Assembly (NCBI GenBank): GCA_013239625.1 | Contig: MU054098.1 | Span: forward strand, 558,001 to 622,000 | Direction of reading: 5' to 3' | DNA: 64,000 nucleotides | Origin: Lama guanicoe | Lineage: Eukaryota | Shown here: positions 1 to 13,152 of the stretch, one piece after another | Layout: each line of letters opens with the position of its first letter | Numbering within the stretch: position 1 is the first letter of the stretch | Made by a program: the position numbers and the translations under genes | The notes under the pieces: model-generated | Told to the model about the DNA's origin: nothing | Database searches by the model: none | Seen by the model: the letters and a program-made list of their open reading frames with translations, nothing else

Positions 1-1999
1 CTGAACCTGCAACTTTGCCAGTTCAAGAGGTTGATAAAAATTTATGACTGCTATTTTAAAAAATTATTTGTGTTCAAAATTTATGACTCTGTAGTCCTGT
101 GCTTATCTCCTTTGTTTATTTCATTTTTCCAGCAGTACTCAAAGTTGTGTTTATTGTGTTTATGTAGAGACATCAATATATTTCCCATAACTGCTCTCAT
201 TTTATTTATAATAATACAAAATATGATAAAATATATAATGTTTTTCCCCCAATGGTATTAAAACTTGACTGGCATGAATATATTTGTGATATAATTCATT
301 TGCAAACTGTGCTATTTAATAACTTATAATTTTAATCATTTCAACTTCTGTAGCTTATTTCTAATAGACTATTTGTACAGTTTTAATAAAAACTACCTTG
401 GACTTCTTGTTCAGAATTGCAATTATATCCCACATCTTTAACACTCCTTCTTTCCCAGTTTTTGTTAAGGTAATTCAAGGAATACAATAATTTGAGTAAA
501 CTCTGGATCAGTGCTAGAAGTAGGGAAGTTGCCAGCAAATAGAGCAACTAGCTCAAATTTCTAAAGGATATATAAAAGATGCGACCAAAATATAGGGATT
601 TTTGCCATTACTTTGATATCCAAAGTATGCAAAGAAAAAAAATCTCCAAAGGAGGTAATTCCAGGGCTAAGAAAAGAACTATACGAGCTAACTGGCTGGG
701 GAGGGTAGATAGCAAACCTGCCAGCATCAGCGTCATGAGGAATTGACCACATTCTTTAAGACTTAACCTTTCAGAAGACAGTCTTGCTTGCAGTCTAAGG
801 GGTTTTAAGAAGTTGGTCACGTAAGTCATTCCTCCTAGAAAGAAATGAGACTGATGCACTGTCACTAGTGTTCCTAGAGCATAATACTAGAAGTCTCTGT
901 CCATTCGATCCCAAGAGATGATTCATACAGGTTGTAAACAAGGGCAGGAAATGGACACATATATTTATCTACAAAATTCTTACATATTTCATTTTCCAGA
1001 AAGTGTATATACATACAGCTGTTAAATGTTTCTATTATAGAGTAAGAGAAAGAAATCTGTCTTTCAGTGCTTTGAATGGAGATGAAATGTAAAAAGTAAA
1101 GCTTGAATTTCATTATTGTTAATTAATACTACTCAGGGAAGGTTATAAAAGTTGAGATCCAGACACTTTTCCCCTTCTAAGCAGTTACCAGTGTATGACT
1201 ATGAAGACTGACTTTGGGCTTGGCTTTCTCTTTCTCCGTTTCTTCAATTTGGAACAGATAAAAAATAACTATGGCTCTCTGAAGAAAAGAAAGAAAGAAA
1301 AATGGAAAAAAAGAAAGGAAGGAAGGAAGGAAGAAACTTCACTAACAGCTGAAAAGCACTGAAAGTAATATCTGACCATTAATATTATATTAGGTAAAAA
1401 AATAAAGGTGGTATATAAAAACACTGATACTTCTCTGTTTCTTGCTGTTTTGAGATTTTTATCTCATTCATTTTATAAATAGTCAATGAATTAGATGGAG
1501 GGAAACACAGAGAAAGAGGCACTCCAGATTTTGACAAGACACTAAACTACAGGAATGCATAATAACTAAAGCAGGATCCTTAATTACAGTGGGTTCCTAA
1601 ATGAGACCCAGCATGACAGTTAAATAGGAAGTTAGTGCTATGGTCATCATATATGGCTGGGCAGACTTTGTGAGGTGCTATACACTTATACTGCCACAGT
1701 CATGCAACTCCTTGGCTCTGGCTGATGCCCAAAGTAATTTAGGGCTCTCCCAGCTAATCCAGTCGAATTAAATTACAATCTTTATTTTGTTATAATATGT
1801 TATATGCATTCTAGAAAAATAAATCTCACATACTACACAATATTTCACTAAAAATAACAAGACTTATTGAAAAATAAGTTTGAAGTGGCTGCTTTGAAAC
1901 ATATGCAACTTTGTAACTAGTGCATTAACAAAACCAGTAACAATTGTAACCAAAATAGCAGTCTAGTTAAAGTGTTCAGGAGGATATTTCATCCATAAA

Positions 2000-3660
2000 A
2001 TGAAAACAATTTGAGATCAGAAATGTTAATATTCAGATTAAAAAAATTAAAATATGTACTCAGTTAATAAAATATTGGGTATCTTAGAACACGAAATCAG
2101 TAAATCAAAGTCCAGTTTAGGAAATTATGCTAGCATTTAGAAAAAAGGGGTGTATAAGTGAATATCATAAATAGAAGAATGAGACATGAAAAAATGATAC
2201 AAAATATCTAACATGTATATCATAGGATCCTAAAAACATAAAACATAAAGCATAAACAGAGTACATGGCTCAGAAGGAACAATAAGAAATAATAGAAAAA
2301 AATTTCCTATAGCTATAGAAAGGGTTTGCAAGCTGGAAAAGCCTATGAAATACTAGACAAAATTAATGAAAAGAGATCTGCATGTATATACAATATCGAA
2401 TTTTAAGAATGAAGTGAAATTCTATAAACATTGAGAAAATAACATTTCAGGAAATTTGGGTAGCAGATATGTGGCTTTGAGGGGAGAATATTTTTACCCA
2501 AGAATTCTATGACCAACTAAGCTATCGTTTTTGTGCAAGTGTAACAAAGAGATATTCTCAGATTTACAAAAACTCAGAAATTATACTGATAACTACTCTT
2601 CCTGGAAAAATATTGTATAAAAAATTATTGAAAATTGAAAATGGAAATTAATCAAGAACTTAAGAAATAGGGACAAGCTATTAGAGCAATGGCACTGATC
2701 ACTGAAACCAGTAAGCTTTGAAATTAATGGATAGTATATAAAGGTTATGAAATTGATTTTAAAAACTCTTCAACCTAGAATCTAAATAATGTACAAAATA
2801 AATCAATAATGTGAATATCAAGTCTCTAAGATTGTTAACAAAAGCTAGGCAGAAGGAAAATATAAATGAAGACCTAAAAGTATAGCCCATATCTCATGTT
2901 ACATTTGGGAAGGGAATAAATATTTTTATATTTGTATTGGTTGGTAGGGAAATCTAAATTCAAAATGTTTTTTATAAAATTAAAATAACTACTAGGACAT
3001 TAAATCAATTCATGTAAATACTGGAAAAGAGCTGGTGAAATGTAGTCAATATAACAAAGAAATATAATTTGTCAAATATGGAAGTAGCAAGTTGCCTAAA
3101 ATAATAAAAAAGTTACTTAGAAAATAAAAACAAAACAAAAACAAATTTTTAAGAAAGGGGAGGATGGGGGTATAGCTCAGTGGTAGAGTATGTACTTGGT
3201 GTGCAGAAGGTCCTAGGTTCAATCCTCAGTGCCTCTGTTAGGGGAAAAAAATTTAAAAAAAGAAAGAAAGAAAGAAAATTACTTAAAAAGCATAAATATA
3301 CTTAGTTAGAGCTAAGAATAGGGACACAATCACTGATAAAAATTAAAAGTAAGATGAAATTAATTTGAAATCAAAATTGCTTGGAGAAGAGATAGAGAAT
3401 AAGAAGAGATAAATCAGTATGGAAGAAATTGAGAAAGTTGTCAATGAGATTTTCCTTTAACTCCAAAGAAAATCCCTAGGGCAAGGTTTTGTAGCACCAG
3501 GGCCCAGGGTTCATAGGCGGAGTCTTTCTGAGGTTCAAGGAAAGCTCAAATTTTGTTATTCAGATTCAAACTATCTTAGAGATATGGCTCAGGAAAAAGA
3601 CTTCCAAACTCATTTTATGAAATACTGTTAATCAACATTGAAAAGGTTGATAAAAATGTA
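2000..3660 (+). mobile_element. Old LINE-1 fragments
   Basis: A-rich decayed L1 ORF1/ORF2-like text, e.g. 'agaattctatgaccaactaagctatc' and 'cttccaaactcattttatgaa'. Boundaries approximate. Confidence 0.6.
3157..3277 (+). mobile_element. tRNA-derived SINE (camelid vic-1-like)
   Basis: GGGG..TATAGCTCAGTGGTAGAG A box, GGTTCAATCC B box, A-rich tail. Confidence 0.85.
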
Positions 3661-3829
3661 AAAAGCTAACTATATCATTTCTTTGTCTCTGACCCCTCTG
3701 ACGTGGCTGAATCACCCACTTTGATAGTCTCACAACAACACATACACACACGCACACACACACTATATACATGTATATATGTATATGTATGCATGTATAT
3801 GTTATATAAATATATATATAAACAGCTCT

Positions 3830-4704
3830 GTTGAATTTTCATTATCTACCCTAAAATTCATCATTCACCTGTTTTAAGTGTGCAATTTAATTTTAGGATG
3901 TTTCATTTGCCCCAGTAAGATCTCCCCTACCTATTTATAATTAGTCCACATTCCCACCCTCAGCCCCAGACAAACACTAATATACTTTCTATGGATTTGC
4001 CAATTCTAGACATTTCATATAAACATAATCATATTTATGAAATGTGTAAAGTGAAAATATTGACTTCTTCCATTCCACATAATGTTTTTAAGGTTCATTC
4101 ATTTGTGGTATCTATAAGTACTTCATTTTTTTAATTGCCAAATCATATTCTATTTTATGAATCTACCACAATTTCTGTATTCATCAGTTGATGGACATCT
4201 GGTTTGTTTCTACTTTTTGGTTATTATGAATAATGTTGCTATGTACAAGTTTTTGTGTAGATGCATGTTTTCAATTCTCTTGAGTATATACCTATGGATA
4301 GAATTGTTGGATCATATGGTAACTCCATATTTAATCTTTTGAGGACCTGTCAAACTGCCCTTGGCAAAGTGTCATTTCAATTATTGCACTTTTTACAACT
4401 ATTGAATTTCTATTTTGTTCTTGTTTATAATTTCTATCTCTTTATTGATATTCTCTCTTTAGTAAGATATTGTTGCCATACTTTCTTTAATTCTTACACA
4501 TAGTTTAATAGCAGCTTTGAAGTCTGTCTCTGCTGAGTTTAACACCTGGACCCCAACAGAATCAAATCCTATAGCCTGTCTATTTTTCCTGAAGATAGGT
4601 CATGCTGTTTTGTTCCTTTGCGTGTCTAATTTTTTTTACTGGAAAGCTGGATATTTTAGATCATACGTGGTAGCAAGTCTGAATTATGATTATCCACTAG
4701 GGCT

Positions 4705-4742
<38 letters not shown>

Positions 4743-5250
4743 TTGAAACTAGTTCTGCAAAATCTATTTCCCCCACAGTGTGAGGACCTCTGATGATACA
4801 ACTTTATTTTTTCTCCTTGTCTTTATTTTTAAGTCTGGCTTCTTAGAAGTAACCCTAAGGTTAACACTGCTTAATGTTCTGCTAGGGATTTGTCATAATT
4901 GGTCCTTAAGTCCCGTTAGACAGTAAAACTTCCATCCTTTGCAGACAGATCTGTGTGTGGTTTGGGGAAGCCCTTCAGTTCTGTCCCATCTTGAGTCAGA
5001 GACCAGTAGCTCTCAAATGCCTGCTCTCTTCCCTCCTGCGTGGGCACGGCCTAGCGCATGCACACAGCCTCTGGACCTCCAGCAAAGAGTATAATGTTAA
5101 CAAGGCCCTTTTTGGTTGTCTCTTTTTCTGGTTCTGTCTGTTAAACTTCCCTCTGGTTTTGTTGCTACCAGATTCTTTTTTTGCTACTAGTTTCATTGAG
5201 CTATCAGCCTTCTCTGGACTGCTGATCACAAACAAAGGAAAGACTTATGT
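3830..5250 (-). mobile_element. LINE-1 fragments (3' end, then a 5'/ORF1 part)
   Basis: L1M 3'UTR motifs 'cattcatcagttgatggacat' and 'ggatcatatggtaactc'. Boundaries approximate. Confidence 0.7.
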
Positions 5251-6403
5251 GTAAACCCAGTGACTTGAACTAGTAAGTAATAAGTAATATGCTATTTTCT
5301 ATTCCTCTTTGCTCACTTACAGGAAAATAGTATTTATTTGTGGGGCAGAAGATCTGTTAATTGAATTGTAACAGAGAAATGAGCCAAGATCTTCCAAAAT
5401 TGAACCCAGAGGTGTTTTCGATAACAGAATGAAGGACCCAGTATTTTTCCCTTAAGGCAATATCTCTTTGGAACAGCTTCTGGCCTATGGTACCATTTTT
5501 GGAAGACCAGGAGGAGGGACCGAGAAGGTACATAGATTAATGTGTGTGCTTCTCAGCTATTTTTAGTAGAGCTACTTTCAAGGCACTTGGCTCCCACTCC
5601 GCTTGTTAAAGATGATATACTCCTGAGGTGCCAGTTCTGAACTGGGGCACTAGGACCAGGCAGCATCTGGGTGATTTAGATTATTCCAAAACTCCAGTAG
5701 GCTAGAGCACAGCAATGGTAGTGTAAAAAATCACAGTGTTCTGGAGAAAATATTCCAGTTTTAGAACATTTCCGTCATTCTATCATCCCTCAACTTCCCT
5801 CCTGCCTGTTTGCAGTAAATCTCTATTCCTACCATCAGTCCGAGACATGTAGATCATACCTCAATAAAACTGTGTGTGAAAAATGATCCCCCCAAAATCA
5901 TATCATGTATTGCTTCCTGCAATATTAATTGTATTTTTTTGTTAAAAAATAAAATATTTATAAAACTGAAAAATCATGATACAGATACAAAAGAGGAGAG
6001 GAGTGATCATTAGAGGAAAAGTGCTTCATGGTGAGGTCCTGAGACACTTGAAACTGGTTTACTGAGAACCCATACCCTTGACACTTAAAGACTGGCAAAA
6101 CTCTCCTTAAAACCATACAGTGAAGATGTTAAATTATATTTGCACCTGGGAGCAGCTTTCACGTAAGTTATTGCCAGTTGTGTTAACAAGTACCTTAGTA
6201 CGTTTTGGAATTGAGTGTCTCCCCTGTTTTTTTTTCCTTTGAGCCTTTGTGTTGACTGCCTCTGTTAGTTTCTTGTACACAGAAAGAATACTCCAGCTGG
6301 AAGGAGTAAAGCTTGGTTTTTGCATGAAAAAACATATGAGTGATTTCTGAATTAAACATTTAAATAAGGTTTTAGCCTTTTAGCTTAGTAAAATTAAACT
6401 AAT

Positions 6404-6822
6404 TGCTATGACCTGAATGTTTGTGTCCCCCACCCCAAATTCATACACTCAAATTCTTTTTGTTTTTTTTTTTTAACATTTTTCATACATTCAAATTCTA
6501 ATGTTAAATGTGACATATTAGGATGTGAGCCTTCGGAAATTGCTTAGGCCTGAGGGTGGAGCCCTCATGAATGGGGTTAATGGCCTTATATAAGAAGTTC
6601 CAGGAAGTTCCCTTGCCCCTTCTACCATGTGACGATGTGGCAGGACATAGGTAGTCTGCAACCCAGGAGAGAGCCTTCACCAGAATGTAGCCATGTTCTT
6701 GGACTTTCCAGTCCGTGATCTTGGACTTCCCGCTGTCCAGAACTGTGAGAAATACACTTCTGTTGTTTATAAGCCACGCAGTGTGTGGAGTTTTGTTATA
6801 GCAGCCTGAATGGGCCAAGACA
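6404..6822 (+). mobile_element. MaLR solo LTR (MLT1-like)
   Basis: TGCTATG...AATGTTTGTGTCCCC...GGACTTCC...AGAACTGTGAGAAATA...TTTGTTATAGCAGCC...AAGACA. Confidence 0.9.
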
Positions 6823-7284
6823 TTAATCTTAGGGAAAATCCCCCGTTGAAATAGTAGTTGTATTTTCTTTGATGTTTGAGTATCATCGGCAGCATGGTCT
6901 TCATCATCACCATTTTATTGTGCTTCAAGCACCCCTTTCATCTTCAGCATAAACAAATCCCTTCTGAAAGGGAGGATTTGTCACTATGAATCTCATGTTA
7001 GTTGCCGTTTGTTCAGTCCTTGTCCCTCTTTCCAACCTATTCAGGGAAAGGCTCTCTCATAATAGGGATTCACAGTGGCCTATACGTGACCATCCTTATT
7101 AATTTTAGTGGCACGAGTGAATGAATTTTAAAAAGGCTGTTCCTTTCTTCCACTTATCCACCTCTTTACCCCATTTTGAAGTGGTCATACTTGGAAATAT
7201 GCACTCTGATATGGGTTATGCTTTCTGCTCTGGGGAAGCCAGTTTGCCTATGGGACACTAAGGAGTCATATGGTATTTTGGGAA

Positions 7285-7485
7285 CAGCATGGGCTTAGAG
7301 ACCAGATAGTTCCACCTCTGACCTTTCAGCTGTGTGATTTAGGTGAAGACCCTTTACCTCTCTGACCTCGGTTTCCGCAATTGCAAAGCAGAGATTTTTA
7401 AATGTACCAACCAGCTATCTACACAAAACAAAGCATGTTTGTATTTGGCGCATCATCAGTGCTCAATAAATGATAATTATAATAA
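7285..7485 (+). mobile_element. MIR
   Basis: Core 'gctgtgtgattt...cctctctgacctcggtttcc' and tail 'gtgctcaataaatg'. Confidence 0.75.
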
Positions 7486-7684
7486 AATTAATAATATCAA
7501 GATAGTGTGTGGAGAGTAGGCCAGTTGAAGCTGCTTTGGGTGTAAGATTTTAAGACACAGAGATAAACAAGAATCAAGCATAAATTTTCTCCTGTGTCTT
7601 CCGGTCCAGCTCATCAGGGTCTTAACAGAAAGAGAATTTTTCAGAATAAAATAGAAGTAATTAGCGCTAGAGCTTGAGGTGAGA

Positions 7685-7995
7685 TGTAAGGTTAGAAGGG
7701 AGTTTAGAGTTAGCCCTAAGGGAGGGTTAAAAACAGGGGAAGCTTTGGAGTTAATGATGAGGGTGAGGTTAGCAGTTTGAGTAAGGTTAGAATTTGCAGA
7801 AAGGCAGGATCATGGTTAGAGGTAATTTAGGAACAAGAGTTAGGGTTGGAATTAATCATAAAGTTGAGGGCAGGGAAGGATTACATACAGAGATAGTTTA
7901 AAGGATAAAGTTAAGAATAATGTTATAGGTGAGACGTGAGGATATGGATAGAGTTAAGATTAAATAGAAAGTCAAAGGTAGGTTTAGCTTTAGTG
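7685..7995 (+). repeat. Degenerate GGTTAG/TTAGGG-like low-complexity tract
   Basis: Recurrent GGTTAG/GAGTTA/GTTAGG words in a C-poor stretch. Confidence 0.5.
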
Positions 7996-8039
7996 GAAGA
8001 AATAAGTTCACAAAATTCCCTTCCTTCTGCTACATGGAA

Positions 8040-8670
8040 GCACGGGTAGAGATGGAGCCTCTATCACCAATTTTTCCTAAAGTAACTGAGAAGAGGTTTC
8101 CTGGCAACCCACATCAGACATGGAGTGTGAGCACAAAATGTACATTTGTGTTGTTAAGCCATTGAGACTTTAAGCTTCGTTTTTACTGTAGAATAGCCTG
8201 GACTATCCAGATGGATTCAGAAATCTAAGAATCTTAGTAAGCTGTTGAGAACACCCTTAATAACAAGAGAAACCACATATAAAAACATATTTCCTTTCAC
8301 CTCAATTTACCTTTATTTTGGCTTAAGTGACGCCAGCCAGGTTCTTTCATGTTGTTTATATAGGTGCTGAACTAGGTGGTGAATCTTTTCTAGCCAATAA
8401 ATACACCATCTGTTATAGATGCTATGCTGCCCCGACAAGATCCCACCTTCAGGGCTGAAGGGTTTATTCCCCAGGTGATGGGAGATTGTGGACTTGACAG
8501 CTTTCTGCTATAAGCTCTCTTTGCGAGTTGCCTCTGTTGAAGTGAATGATCTGGCACATGGTCATACATCTCTCCTGGGGACAGTGGAGGTATAGAGGAG
8601 TGGCCCTGTTGCTCCAACTTGGGACAAAATCTGAAGGGGTATCTTGGATTCAAAGCTTCCCAGGGTAGTC
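8040..8670 (+). mobile_element. Old LTR fragments (MLT1-like 3' end ~8090-8218; LTR16-like ~8410-8670)
   Basis: 'ttgtgttgttaagccattgagac...gaatagcctggactatcc' and 'gggtttattccccag...ccaacttgggacaaaatctgaaggg'. Confidence 0.5.
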
Positions 8671-10149
8671 AGCTAAGTGTGATCTAACACCTCTTAGTTG
8701 TCTTTGTCCTGGTGTTGTCGTCTTTGAGGACATGCAGAATGAGTCAGGAAGGGTGATACTTTCTGGTTGCATGTGTATTTATGAACTTATTTTACAGAAT
8801 TCAATTTAATTTTTAAAGAAAATGAGGTGAAGTGGTATCTCTTCCCCTCCAAAGGTGCAGGGGGAATGAGTTCTATTGTAATTACATCACAGCCCAACCT
8901 TTCCCTCTGCCCAGTCATCCTTTCTTCCCTTTCCCTGTGCAGATGGATCCTAAGATCACTTCATAATAGAGATCCTGTGCACTTATTTCCACCTCAGAAT
9001 TTAGATCCTAGGGGACCCAACTTATCTCTTAGAGCTAATTATGTTTATAAGTGTGCTACAGGTCACATAATATTTGAGAAGCACTCTGCTGTCACCTACT
9101 CCTGTTGGCATTGCCTATAAAAAAATACCTCTTTCTAATATAGTCAGCTCCTTGGGTGATGTGTTAACATACTTCTAGGAAGATATTCAAGGAGAAATAG
9201 GGCCTCAACCATGGAGATTGCATTGGCTTAAGTGAGAGCTAAAGAACCCTTTAGAAACTGTGTTTCTGCGTTAAGCAGACACTTACTGCTGCTTGATGGC
9301 GAGAAGCATCTTTCTCTCTTCAGACCACGAAGACCGTCCAGTGCTGTGGTACGGGAGCACTCCAGTCTTCCTCTGCCCACCTTCCTTTGCACTGTAGTAA
9401 CAAGTCCAGTTCTGTGCCACCAGAAACTTCAACTCCTCTCCATTGCCTCCTTGTTGGGGAAGAGTAGCCCCTAGTGTCAGTGGTACAAGATATTTCTGGC
9501 CACTGGCAGCAGTGACCCTGCTGTTTCAAGTGGCAGTTCAACCTTTGTCCCTTGATCCGCTCCTAGGAATCAACCTAGTCATAGTTGCAAAGGAATGAGC
9601 TTTTCCTGCTTTTGTCTCAGGGAACCGAACTCTTGCCAGTAGGCTCACCCAGCATCAGGAAGGGATGTATGTTGAAAGGAAAGGCCAATGTTCTTTGGCT
9701 CCAGGTGAGGAGGAACAGAGAGGCATAGTATGGTGACCCTGACGATTGTACAGGTATCTAAAGCCATTTGGGATGGAGGTAAGTTAAGGTGTAAAGTCAC
9801 ACTGTATGACTGAAGAGTGGGGAGTTGTAAGACCCATTCTGGCAACAGGAACAGCTAATACAGTGCCCACAAATACTGAGGCTCAATAGATATCTGTTGA
9901 AAGCAGAGTGGCCACTAACAACTGGGGATAAAGCTATCAACAGGATTAACACGGTCCTCTCTGTTCTTGGGTTGCTTAGAGTCTGGTGGGAATAAGATAG
10001 CAATGCTAGCTATAGCAAGGGGAGCGCCTGAGCCACCCGAGGCCCCTGCTCAGGCTAAGGAAGGTAGGATAATTTGAGACTGCAGTTATTCTGCTCATGA
10101 GGAATTGGTGATGTTGCTGTTAATGTTACTTTTGTTGTTTACACCTCTT

Positions 10150-10301
10150 CTAAAATTTTTTTTATTCTAATTTTTTTTGGTGGGGGGAGAGATAATTAGG
10201 TTTACTTATTTATCTATTTTTAGAGGCGGTACTGGGGATTGAGCCCAAGACCTTGTGCATGCTAAGCATGTACTCTACCAGTTGAGCTATACCCTCCCCC
10301 C
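10150..10301 (-). mobile_element. tRNA-derived SINE (vic-1-like)
   Basis: A and B boxes on the minus strand; 10-bp TSD TACACCTCTT at 10140-10149 and 10302-10311. Confidence 0.92.
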
Positions 10302-10469
10302 TACACCTCTTGTCTTTCCTCTGGTGTCATAGTCTTTGAGTACATGCAGAATTAATCAGAAGAGTGATATATTTACGGTTATGTCTGTGAATTTATTTTA
10401 CAGGTTCCAATTTAGTTCTATAAGAAAATTAACTGAAGTGGTATATTTTCCTCTCAAAAAATGTCAGGG

Positions 10470-10514
10470 GAAAAAAGACACGTGACATATTAGGCAACAT
10501 TTAATAAATTTAAT
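10470..10514 (-). terminator. HTR2C polyadenylation signal region
   Basis: Minus-strand ATTAAA at 10514-10509 and 10505-10500, then ...AATATGTCA|CGTGTCTTTTTT (CA followed by a GU/U-rich downstream element). Confidence 0.7.
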
Positions 10515-13152
10515 AAATTAATAGGAAGTATCACAAAAATCTGGAATGGATAACATACAGGAACCGGGAATAAGACAACACTTTGCAACCACTCACAAAA
10601 GTACCACTTGATGAAGGAAGATTTACAGGAAATAATATAAGGCAGTCTGTTGCACGTGTCTTAAACAGATATACATATATAATAGTACATCAAAATGATT
10701 TATTTGACAATAAATTCACCACGTTTACACTTATCACATGGACTTTAAAACATTTATAAAAGTTTGTAGATTTAACATTGAACTGTAAGATTGATATCCA
10801 AATGAGATACTTGTTTCATACCAAACTGCACAGAACTTACGAATAGCACACAATTCGAGGAAAATTACTGTGTTGGGTACTATTAAGTACTACTACTGAT
10901 GACATAAGAATTATTAACAAATGTGCTATAAGCTATTATCATTCAACTTATTGCTAGTGCTTTTGAAAATCTGTGGTTTATATTTTATTTCTTTGTAAAA
11001 CATGTGCTATGAGCTTGCCCTGATACTTCAGAAAAGAAATCAGATGTTTCCAGTTTTCTCTAATACTCACAATTCTTCAGATCTGAATGCATGGTCTTTG
11101 TAAAGACTGCTGAAGGATTTCTGTCCTTCTTAGATCACCTACTCTGCCTTACATTAATACGAATCGATGGATTTATGCAACATACATGGCATACATGCAG
11201 GACGCCATCTGTATGCGCAGAAGGCATGCTCAGTGCATGCTGTGTTTCTTCAGACATTTTCATTTCGCTAAGAATTAGATCATTTCATTCAACTTCATAT
11301 AATTGTTTTAACATGCAGTTCATCTGAGCTAATAGGCAGGTAGACTTTACTTTCATGTTATATTTGGGCATGCTCAAGCAATTGACTGGCATTTGGCAGT
11401 GTTGCAAATCACGTAGGGACTGTATGAGTTTCCTCAAATACAGCAGCTCTCCCACTGCCTTTGCGGCAGACTGTTGGATTTATCTATGCTGTGTGTTGAG
11501 GACACACACCAGGCGTTTTTAGAAATTCAGATTCTGCCTCCACCAATTTCAAGATACTGAGAGGAACACTCTAAGATGTGTAAGTAACTGTCAGGCGTAA
11601 GGAACAGCATTATGCATTCTTCGGAAATTGATTCACAGTTGTGTGAAATGGACACACATGGAAATACAGTTACTGGGAACACGTGTGTACTCTGCACACA
11701 GCATAGACTTAATGGTCTGACTTTAGCAATGTTTGAAAACCTTTCACGGTTAACAAACTAGTAAAATGGTACTGAATTCTTAGAGAGCAGCAGGCCTACG
11801 AATGAAACGATGGCCAACACTTATTACACAACACTATATTTTAACAAAGATTGAAACTTCTGGTACATAACTGCAGTACAATAAAGAGCTTGCCACTTTC
11901 ACAAATTAGCCGCAGCCTTTCCCTGCACTAGAGAGTTTGGAAGGATCTGAAAATGAGATACATTTTGTTTAAAATCCAAATGGAAACTCTGTATTTCTGT
12001 TTTTCCCAGAGTTCAGTAAAAGCTTCTTTTTAATTACCTTTTTTTTTCACATTCTAAGGGCCCAGTTCTGTAGTCCTTAATCAAGTAAAACTTTCAAAGT
12101 TTTGATCATCTATACTTCCAACACAAGTTTTACTCAAAAATGGACTGCTAAATTAGGTCCTATAGATAGAGGTACCATAATTAAGAAAATAATTTAATAA
12201 GGCTCACATGCTAATTTCACTTTGTGTGTAGCACACGAATTTCCAGGATTCTGAGATCAAAACCCAATTGATGTTGACTCCTGGATTGGGAAATAACTCT
12301 GGGATCTCGTTTCCCAGGTGAATCATGGAATTAGGTATTTACTAAGGACCAGAATGAAAACACCAATTCCAGTTTGCTTGTCATTATAATCAGAATTTGA
12401 ATATTGTTCTTAAGAAGTGAAAAGGTATTGTTGGTGTATATATCTCGTATCAGCCTTCCACTTCTGTAGTCCTGGTTAACTAGCTGCTACGTTAGAATAC
12501 CACTATGTTTGGGGACAGACATTGCAGTAAAATATCACCACAACATTGTGACAATGTCAAAATTTCCCCTACATGTGACAACAAGGCTAAGTTCCGCCTT
12601 TAACTCACTAATAGGTGTGATAGAGTATCAGAAGGCAGAACCTATCTTACTGTATTTATGTGTGTAGATGAGCAGAGCAAGATTTTAAAGTGCATATTTA
12701 CTGTTAACCCGGAAAAAAGATTTCACCGAATTTGTTCAATTTTGGTGTGGTTGAAATACAACCACTGTCACGTGCATCATTCTGGTCTCCCGCAAATGCC
12801 TCCTGAGATGAACATCAACATTTCCTTATGCATAAAAGAAAAAGAGAGAGAGAGAATGAGAAAGAAAGAGAGGGAGGGAAGGTGGGAGGAAGGAAGGAAG
12901 GGGAAAAAAATCAACAATTTTGCATCAAACAATCAAAATAAGTTATTCTCAATCTCTTATAAACAGTAAATATAGAACTCTAAATCTCACCATTGTAATA
13001 AGCATGATTGTAAAGTACAGGATTGCAAAGCTATATATAAAAACACTTTTTTCAGACTGCAATATTTACATTAGTTATGACCGACAGAAGAATTATAGAG
13101 CAATTTCCTACATTGGTAGCCTCGCTGTAGGAAAAGACTGTGCTGCTCTTTC
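10480..13152 (-). other. HTR2C: HTR2C 3'UTR (~2.7 kb)
   Basis: Sequence with no recognisable interspersed repeat from the stop codon to tandem ATTAAA hexamers, followed by a GU/U-rich element. The cleavage position is approximate. Confidence 0.8.

Noticed and set aside
1..1150. Short ORFs in unique sequence at the window start
   Set aside because: No recognisable protein and no convincing exon boundaries.
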